A DNA stretch of 44,459 nucleotides, filler included, from Jimgerdemannia flammicorona (Eukaryota): the NCBI GenBank assembly GCA_003990765.1. It is 2 parts of 2 records of this genome, joined end to end, with 100 filler letters (N's around TTAATTAATTAA, not from the genome) between each part and the next. Parts side by side here need not be neighbours in the genome. Positions count along the whole stretch, not along the records: positions 22,282 to 44,459 come from RBNJ01001325.1; 1 more part is not named here. One strand, given 5' to 3'. Shown here piece after piece: positions 35,392 through 44,459 of this stretch; within the stretch, counting starts at the first letter, position 1, and the number at the start of each line of letters is the position of its first letter. Below the pieces are notes generated by a model. The model was given only the letters and a program-made list of their open reading frames with translations. It was not told the DNA's origin and did not search any database. Made by a program: the position numbers and the translations under genes.

Positions 35392-38300
35392 CCTGGTACT
35401 GTGCCCAAAGTGGTCATGGCAAGTACCTGGTAAATCTCCTCCTCCTGAACCAATGACACTAAGTCACCCAGTCCTTCTACTTGTAGTGAGTGCCAGTCCT
35501 CTAGAGCATGATCAATGGCAGCATCATCTGCCCCATCCTCCTCCTCACTCCAAAGTCCACTCCAGTACTCCTTCAACACTCTGAGAATGTCTTGTATATT
35601 ATGTACTAGCAAACCATCAGGTGCCTCTACTCCCTCCCATCTCTGCTTCACCCTCCTTGCCTGAAAGGCCCTCATAAGATACTTCAAAGGCCTTTCTCCT
35701 TCCTCCTGCCCCTGCCATCATAACCTTGCCATCAGGCCCTGCACTTGTACTTCCTCCTCATCCCTCAGCACCTGTTGTAATTCCCTAATTTCCATTTTTA
35801 CCTGCATTACTCTCCAGTCCTCCCCCCCCTCTTGTACTACCAGATTAGCCCAAACCTCCAAAAGCCTAGCCAATCTAGCAGATGCCCATCTCTCCTTTCT
35901 TCTTCTCTGTCTTCCAGCCACTTTGCCAGCCTTGCTCCAGTAGGCCCTGGTAGTATCTTTCAACCTCAACCACCTGGCACTAACTGGGGCACCCTCCTGT
36001 ATCCAGCCCTCTACCTTCTGTTGAATTTCTACCTCTCACATATCTCACAATATCTTATCAGCTAGCAAAGAGGAATTGAGATACCAATGTCCAGGCCTAT
36101 CCCCACTCCCCCCAAAATGTCCCTGCCTTAACAAACCCTAATGATCTGATCATGGACACCACTCAACCTCTAATAACTTCCACACATCGAGGCCCCAGTA
36201 GCTCACCATCAAAATCCAGTCAATTCTTGTCCCCAGGCCTCCTGTCCAATGCATGTACACTTTCCTGTCACCCCAAATCCCCCTACCAGCATCCATCAGA
36301 GCACTCAACCTTTCCACCTCCTCCTATATCTCCAGCCCTCCACTCCTACCCTCAGCCCCCCACCCTCTATTGGTCCTATCCACCAGTACATCTCTGACCA
36401 TATTGATGTCCCCACCAAGTAAGTCTATGCCCACCTCTGTGAGGATCCCACTCTCCCTGAGGCCCTTCACCCAATCTATATGCTCAATCCTCACAGCAGG
36501 GCAGTAGCAGGAATCCACCATAGTTGGCTCTCAGTCTGCTCATATCCATTCTCCCCAAACCAGCCTGTCACCCCAGTTCCTCACATCCCAGATCTCCCCT
36601 CTGCTCCTCTGAACCAGAATCCCAACCTTCCCCATCCAAACTACCTCCTCTCCCTATTCCTTCATCTATTCTAGCTCTTCCAAGTCATCCTCACATCTGA
36701 CATTCTGCAAAAGAAAGAGATCAGCCTTCAATCTCTTTAGCCAAGTAAAAATATTCCAGTACTGGAAAGACCCCCATAGCCCATTCACATTCAAAGAAAA
36801 AATATTGGTTATACTATTCATAAGGAAGATTATATAGTTTCAAACAAGTCCTCTACTGCTCTATGTCCACTTCCTCCTGTACCCTATCTAGGTTGTGCTC
36901 TGCAATAGCTTCTGCCTCCTCAGCTCTCTTAGCCTCCAATTCAGCCAGGATCTCAGCCATCTCCCCATCCTCCTTTTTCTCAAACTCCTTACAGTACTCC
37001 AAACAAGCCTCTTGCCAGAGCTGCAGTCTATGCCACTTAGCCCAACAGTGGGCAGCCCACTCACCTGCCACAACTGCTAGAGTAGCCTCCCTCTCCTTAT
37101 TGACCTCATACCCCTCCTCCTCTAAGTATACTGCCAGAATTTCTACCTTCAATGCCACCACTACTCCATCACTCTGCAGGATCCTTGTCCAATGCTCATT
37201 GCTCATTACTCTGAGGTCTACTTCCCCCAGCTCTTCCACTACTAAGTTGTTCATCATCTGGCACACCCAGAGCAAGTTTCCCACCTCCTTCTCTCCTGGG
37301 GTCGCTGGCCTCCCTCCATCCAACATCATAGTATCAGCCCCTATACTCACTGACTCATTCCATCCCTCCTCTGGGACATCCACTAATTCCTCTTCTCTAG
37401 TCACCTCTATCAATCTCCCCTTCTCCACATTTGGAACTCCAAAGTGTACCTGCTGATTACTGCACATCGGTACATCCTCCACCACCCTACCTCTCACCAC
37501 TGGTCCCTTTTTGATAAGGGGGGAGGGTGAAGGTGAATCCTCCCAGGATTCCTCCCAAACCTCAAACATGCCATCCTCATATGGATTCTTGCTCAGCACC
37601 TTCTCAGCCTCCTCCAGACCCCCCTCCACATTCCCTCCACTACCAGTAGCCCAGACACTCACCTCAGCACCTCCAGTGATTGTACTACCTCCCACCTTCC
37701 TCTTCACCTCTGCCCCCATTTTCTCCAACAGCTTCCTCTGCCTTCTGCGCCCTTGGGACCTCTCCCACACCTCTTTATTGATGCAGACTCACTTCCCTCC
37801 AACCACCTCAAGATGTGTCAACTCCTCAAATGCCTTCCATACCTTTGCCCTCCTCTCTACTGTCCCACTCATCTCCTCTAGTACTTCTAGCAAATCCTCC
37901 TCCTCCTCCTCGCTCCCCTTCACTCTCATCACTTTGCACAAGAAAGCCCCCCACACCATCACCAAGGGCCAGTCCTGAGCCTTCCCAGTAGCCTCCCTCC
38001 CTGCCAACCAAATCCTGATGTCAACATTCCCTGTCCGAAGAGAGATTCCTTCCCACACTCTAAACCTAATATTGACTACCTCTCCATACTCTGTCATGAT
38101 CTCCTTGACTCTCTTCCTCATCTCTTCAGCAGTAACAGTGGGAACTCCTTTCACCAGAAGCTATACTACTCTTGGGTCCCACCTCAGGCATCTCACCATT
38201 GGTACACACATCTTGCCCACTATCATCCCAGTCTTCAAAGCCTCCTCCAATGGTCCAGCCTCCTCAAATCCCACCTCTACCCCTTCTAGGCCCTTCAGAA

Positions 38301-38958
38301 ACTTAACAGATGCCGCACCACTCATCTGCTTCATGATTAGCCCCAGAATCATTTTTGTCATCACCACCAAGCCCCGGAAATACATTGTGACTACAAATTT
38401 CAAGATTGACTTCTTGAGTAATAGGGCCACTGCCAGTCCTGTTACACTATCTGTCAAGTCTCTGGGCCTTGTGCTCTTCCCACTGCTTGGCTCACCATCA
38501 GCAGTCCCATCTAGATTTTTTTCCAGATTGCCTGTCACACCCCCATTAGTAGTCTCTGCCTCAGCTGCTACCCCCTCAGCTTCATCCCTAAGGCCCTCCA
38601 GAGAGGTACCCCTATGAGGCTGCTGTCTTGTAGCCCTCACCAGCACCTTCCCCCCCCTCAGCCAGCTCTCCAGTCCAACTCCCTGCTGACCCCCCTTCAT
38701 CTTCTCCACAAAGCTCACTCTACCAGACCCTTGACCTCCAGCTCTGCTCTCTCCTCCACTGTGTCCTCCCACCAGCAGGCCCCTCATACTTCCCCCCAAG
38801 CCTGAGCCTCTCCCCACTTGCTGCTATTTGAATGCTCCAGGGCCACCCTGCCCAGTATGCACCTCAGGATACTCATTAGTTACCATGATACTAGTAGCTT
38901 GTCTCCAGAAACTGTATCGAAAGTATTGCCAAAAGGTTGTATAACCTGAATGTTGCTG
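35392..38958 (-). mobile_element. 5' half of LINE copy 3 (ORF1 38886-36853; ORF2 APE from 36821), cut by the hAT
   Basis: MNSITNIFSLNVNGL...ADLFLLQ, LLGGDINMV and SDH motifs. ORF2 stops at LGTVPG (the K.PG.DG motif just before RT) exactly at the hAT TIR. Confidence 0.9.
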
Positions 38959-41100
38959 ATGAGTATGTCATAGTTGGTAGTATTGGTTATAATTACATTT
39001 ACTGAGATGGTTACTCCTCCAAACTTGATGGAGATATCTTAGATCTTTCCCAGAGATGTGGCTCTTGTACTATCTACTATAATGAATACTAATTTGGTTG
39101 CTTCTTCAACCTCCCAACCTAAGCAGTCTGCTGCTTTCTTGCTAAGAAGACATCCTCCTACTCTAGTATCAATAATGGCCTCAAAGCTTCTATCTTCAAT
39201 TTGACAGGTTATATAGGCAGAGATCTTATGGTTGTCTTTACTTTCTTCTTCAGAGTTTTCTTGAACATTATTCATCTCAGTTATCTTCCAACCTTACTCT
39301 TTAGTTGTCTTGGTAAGTTCATATCTCATTTGCTATCTAAATGTAGGTATTTCTGCTAGCTGACCAAAGGTTATATTAATCTTTTATTTATTGAGATCCT
39401 TGAAGATATCATACTTGAAGGTCTTAGTCTTGCAAAGCTTCTTCTCCTTTTCCCCTTCACTAGCTAAAGTAGTTTCTTAAATAATATCTTTAATAGTCTG
39501 TTCCAGTTCTATGTCTAGATCTATTTCTTCACCTTAGCTTTCTATAGTAGTTTCTATCTGTTTTTCTATAGATTTCTTCTTGGATCTCTCTAATAGTCTC
39601 TTGTAGAGTTGCTTGTGAACATCCTTCTTAATAGTCTCAGCATAGTAGGCTTCCCATTCTTCTTCATCTGATTCTTCAATTTCTTTAAAGGTAATAGTAT
39701 TGGCCTATTTCTTATTTCTTATAGTATTACTTAGCTGAGTTTTGTACTTAGTCTCACTTATATATTTATATGAGTAGTGGCCTTCTTCTCCACAAATATA
39801 GCAGATATCTCTCTTCTTGTCTGAGGTGATAGCAAACTTCTAAACTAAACAGCAGTCTCTTTTTCTAATTTCCTTTACCATATCTCTAAGATGAGCAGTC
39901 ATTTTAGCAAACTTTTTAGCAAGTTCCTCCATAGGGTCACTATTTCTCTATTGCTCTATAGCTCTTAGCTGAGGTGTATTTCAATTGATCACTATAGTGA
40001 GAATTATGCTAGTTATCTTGAGTGCTTCAATTCTGACTCCAGTGACTCTTTTCATTATATGATCTTGTAGATGTCTGGCTATTCAATATCACTGGGAATA
40101 GGTGACCTTCTGTAGTAGGTCCAGGACTACTAGTGATGAGCAGATGGTCATAGCTATTTCTGAGTAGACTCCTTTTATAAAGGTTACTTTAGTTACTTGA
40201 TCTCAGATAGTATCAGTATAATCTATAAGAATTATTTGATATCGAATTCTAATATAAAATATATTTGGATCCTTACTTATTTCTTAATATGTTATAATGA
40301 GCTAATTCTTCAGTGCTTGCTTGATCTCATCTATATAATAGGTAGTTTGGAGCCAGATCTTCTGTGCTGCTAGTATGATATTGTCATTATTTCCTATATA
40401 GGTTATAGCTATAAATGCTACTCTTACTGGTTCTTGGAGACTGAAGAGTAGGAGAGCTACTTGCTGTATTACTGTCAGGGTTCTTATAGCAGCATACTAC
40501 TCAAAGTCATCAATGAATGTGATGACCAATTTATCTGAAATATATCTATAGAATACTGGTGATCTTATATCTATCTTGTCTGAATATCTTTATTCAATTT
40601 GTATAGTTATTCAGGTGGTAGCAGTTATTTATTAGTCAGTTTAAAAGTGAGAGATTCACTTTGAATTATCAGCCAATGGGTACTAAGTGGTAATATGGAG
40701 GATACATAACTATATAAGTATATCAGATTTCTATATTTTGAAAACTTAATCTTCTTTGACTCTACAGAGTCCTCAGAATATAAGAGTGAGTGAGTTCAAA
40801 ATGTATCTGTCTGCAGACTTACTAGTTTCTTTACTTTCTCTTTGCTTTAAACTATTTCAATCTGAGGTTTATTTACTCTAAATATTAGAGATATTTATAC
40901 AAGTTTGCTAGCTATGAGATAGTAGCTAAGTTATGAGATATTTTGAAAGTATTGAAATATTTTAACATAGTTAAAATGCTATACTATATTGGGTCTTCAA
41001 TTTTAAACATTTTAAAACATTTAAAAATTGTCAAAATCAGTGACTGCTAACTATATGGCTATACTAATTTGAGACTAGTTGTAATTAAATATCTATTACT
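38959..41100 (-). mobile_element. Gypsy C remnant: LTR-like segment (~40690-41100), gag with zinc knuckle, protease cut by LINE copy 3
   Basis: AIIDTRVGGCLLS protease (39039-39275) and ICYICGEEGHYS knuckle (~39770-39810). The LTR-like part shares CTGAGGTTTATT.ACTCT...ATTTATACAAGTT with the Gypsy A LTRs. Boundaries are approximate. Confidence 0.75.
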
Positions 41101-41159
41101 AATTTCTTCTTCCAAATTTAGCTCTACTATCATACTATATATCATTAGAAAAAAAACAT

Positions 41160-41450
41160 TAGTTCATATTCATTAGTTTATATTTACAGTTGTTTGAGTT
41201 TATATGATTTAATATAGTTTGATTTCATAGTTTTTTAGTTTATATTACTATATATTCTATCTATATACTTGCTATTTAGTTTATATAGCTATATTTTCAA
41301 GAAAACAAATTTGTTAACATCTACTAATTCATGTCCATAGTTATTTGAGTTATATCATAAAATTATAGTTTGTATATTGTGATTTTCTGTTCATATTCTT
41401 AGCAATTTAGTTTATAAAATATATAGAAATTTGAGTCTTAGTTCAGGAAT
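41160..41450. repeat. Degenerate short-period repeats (AGTT[CT]ATAT-like), probably subterminal repeats of a decayed DNA transposon
   Basis: Repeated TAGTTTATAT/GAGTTTATAT/AGTTCATAT words in very AT-rich sequence. Confidence 0.4.
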
Positions 41451-42599
41451 AGCAAGCATAGCTACCTAGATAAGAAAAATAATAAACAAATAGAAGATAA
41501 CAAATAGAAGATGTATCTATAACTCAACTATTCTGATTTTCAAATAATATTCTTAATACTATTAATAAAATCCAGATATTTATTACTATATAGATAAGAT
41601 AGAAAGAAATATAAATTATAGCTAATAAAGAATTATTTTATATGTATAAACAAAATAGAAATAATGGCATCACTATCTCCAGCTAGTAATAAAGAGTCCT
41701 CTGATAATAGAGAATAAATCTTGATAAAACAAAAAGCCACTGTTAGTATCAAACAAAATGCTAAGTATCAAAAGTAATAGTAACTTCTAAAAAAAGCCAA
41801 ATAGACTAATAAAGTTAACAAAATACTTTAATAAATTGATACTACTCTTAGATAAGCTCAAGATATAGTTCCTGGACAAACTCAGAGCTAATAAACTCAA
41901 TCAGAATATACACTGAATTGTATGAATATGCTATCAATGCTACCTTCAAGGATGCTATTATGGAAAATTATCTATTTGATAAAAAATTACAATATGATAA
42001 ATAAATTCAGTATAATAAGACAAGAAATAGTAATTTCCTATTTAGTCAAAAAGTACTACCTTATCTTACTAGAAGAGAAGAAGACCAAAAGTAAAACAAT
42101 GTAATTAAAGAAGTATATCAGATTTATGATATAACTTCTCACCTAATATTAAATCAGATCTGCTATCTACAAGGAGTAAGTAAATGAGATTTAACTTGAA
42201 TATAAAAAGATAAGATATATTTACTATATGAAATATATCTATAATAAATCCACAAACTATACTATGAATACTACTATACTATAAATACTATAAATAATAA
42301 ATATCATAAATACTATATATAAAACTATATAAATCTCAACTTATATTAATAAAGGTTTAGTTTTAATAATAATCTATAAACTCTTATATGTATTATACAC
42401 AATTCACTATTGAATATACATATACTCCTAATACTATTATATACTTTTTGAATAAAAACTGGTCACAATTACAAGTAACACTAAGTTCATATGATTGTAT
42501 TTTTAGTCTATATATTTGACTATTTAGTCCAACTATATATGTATATATTTATAAATAAAAAATATATTTAAAATTTTTTTCTCCTATAATATATGATCA

Positions 42600-43791
42600 A
42601 TATACTTATTTACTAAATATAAACAAAAAGAATATGCATTCAATCACTTACTAAGTTCTTTCTTACTGAATTATATTTTTTAAACAAAAATTATATATAT
42701 ATTATATACAATTACATCTATAGATATAATATTAAACTGTCCAGTCTGTATAGTAATAGTCATTTCTATTTTACAATTATGAGAGATTATATTTTTAGTA
42801 CTAGAATCTACAATATTTACACTCTAAGTATATAAGTTAATAGACTTGGTAATCTTACTTGATTTTAAAAAAAGGCAAACTTAGGTAAAAAGATATTTAT
42901 CTATATCTTATCTTATTTCAAACTGCTTGTCTATGATATTATACAATACTATTCAGTTATATTATAGACTCCTATGGAACTATTGCTTATAGCAAATAAG
43001 TTGGCAAAATATAGCTGAACCTAATTTTATATCTACAAATGGGTCATAAACTCTAATTGATAAAGTAATAAAGATATTAGTTTACAGAAATCAAGAAGAG
43101 ATATTAGAAATATTACAAAAAGGTTCATAGACTAGCTTAGCATAAATAACTTACTGTTGAATTTGAAAGTTTGGAAAGATTCTTCCTATTTACTTAATAA
43201 TGATATCTATTTTCAGATACAAACTGAAGATTATGAAAAAATATCTAAGTAGCAAGTTTGAGGTTATATTGCTCAAATAATTTGGAAACTTCATTGATAT
43301 GGAGTATATCTTCAGGAATACTAGTACTTAGGTACCAGTATTTCTTAGTTATTAATGAGCTTGAGATATCCATAAACTTACTGGTTATAATATAATTGAG
43401 CTTGTTCTTAGATACTATTTAGTACTCTACAAACTTGACAACTTAGAGAAGAGGATCATGTTTATTCACTTATCAATATAGTATCTTAACTTTTATATAA
43501 TATTAATGTTTAGTTATCTCTATATCAGCATTATCTGATATATTAAATGTTTGAGTTAACTCAGAAATATGCTGTAGAGAGTGGAGTTTTTCAAAGTTCA
43601 GTAAACTTAATAAGATCTCTGCAAACTGCTCTTTTAGTTTATTGAATTGAGATAATAGTATATCTTGATCTATAAGTGTTTTTTTAGTCTGGACTAGTGA
43701 TGAGATATAGAAGTACCACTCAATAAATATTGTAAGACATTTGACAATACTAAGTAATTTGAAAAACTCTCTCATGTATAAGAGGAATACA
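42600..43791 (-). mobile_element. Plavaka-like (CMC-related) transposase C-terminal remnant
   Basis: ORF 43503-43775 and read-through: LNFEKLHSLQHISELTQTFNISDNADIEITKH*Y..KVKILY..VNK matches the F.KLH.L.H....I..FG..DN..TE..E..H....K..Y..TN pattern of Plavaka-type transposases. The left boundary is a guess. Confidence 0.65.
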
Positions 43792-44420
43792 TATAATAAC
43801 TCTTATTTCTACCCCTCTCTTATCCTTTGGATAATTAGGAAAATAAGATATTACTTAGAGACTTAGTACACAAGTGTACTAAGAAGCCTTCAGTATGAGG
43901 AGTACTTACTTGAAAGTAGTTATAGCAGTAGTATCCTTTTTATTAATTATAGTTATAAGGAACTTGTTCTTTGCTATATATAAACTGAATTCACCTTAAA
44001 ATTCAAGTTCTTAATTAAGTTTTTATGATTTATATACTAGTCTCAGTTCTGGTAGAAGTTAGCTAGGCTTCTGGAGTTTAGTCAGAAATACTAAAGTCAC
44101 TTAGATATCATTATTAAGACTCAGAAAAATATGTATGTAGAGGAAGAACTTGATTCTTATATCAAGGACTAAACTAAAACTATCTTTATTTCAGATGAAA
44201 ACTAGAGGGTATTTATATAAGTTGGTTTGCAATTTCTGACTAAGTATAAGTAACTAATTTGGTAACTATAGATGAGATTTGTAATTATAACCTTTGTCAG
44301 ATGGTTTGTAATCAAAAATACTTTATGATTAGGACCTTTGTTATTAGACAATAATCAGTTACTATAGTACTGATTATTGGAGATAAGCTGGATATTATTT
44401 ATTGCATTGTTCACATTGTT

Positions 44421-44422
<2 letters not shown>
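43792..44422 (-). repeat. Third, more mutated copy of the Gypsy B LTR, truncated by poly(T)
   Basis: Colinear with 32483-33150; the terminal TG is mutated to TA. Confidence 0.92.

Positions 44423-44459
<37 letters not shown>
44423..44459 (-). repeat. Poly(T) >=37 nt, probably the poly(A) tail of another LINE inserted into the LTR
   Basis: Interrupts the LTR ~90 bp before its expected end and has the same orientation as the other LINE tail. The window ends here. Confidence 0.5.

Overview
This is eukaryotic, almost certainly fungal, genomic DNA. No prokaryotic genes, rRNA/tRNA genes or CRISPR arrays are visible. A small CpG-rich island (~330-3980) holds a two-exon CFEM-domain membrane-protein gene (- strand) and the 5' part of a spliced + strand gene that has been split by a full-length L1/Tx1-type LINE. 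The remaining ~40 kb is a nested, C-to-T/G-to-A hypermutated transposon cluster. It contains three related LINE copies, two near-complete Ty3/Gypsy LTR elements (A 11036-21499, B 24198-33237), a third Gypsy gag-protease remnant, two intron-containing hAT transposase copies, a hAT-type MITE, a Plavaka-like transposase remnant, a further copy of LTR B, and a 100-bp scaffold spacer. The most unusual observation is that Gypsy A and B differ in LTR, primer tRNA and chromodomain, yet both encode a dUTPase (at different positions in pol). Both also carry an extra env-position ORF that the ORF track fragments or misses. Reading through the mutational stops shows the two ORFs share a W-x-x-Y-x-I-G-x-Q-L...T-x-L...L-x-N-x-Q pattern, which suggests an uncharacterised retrotransposon accessory protein. 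Coordinates of decayed domains are approximate, and all family calls come from motif recognition, not database searches.
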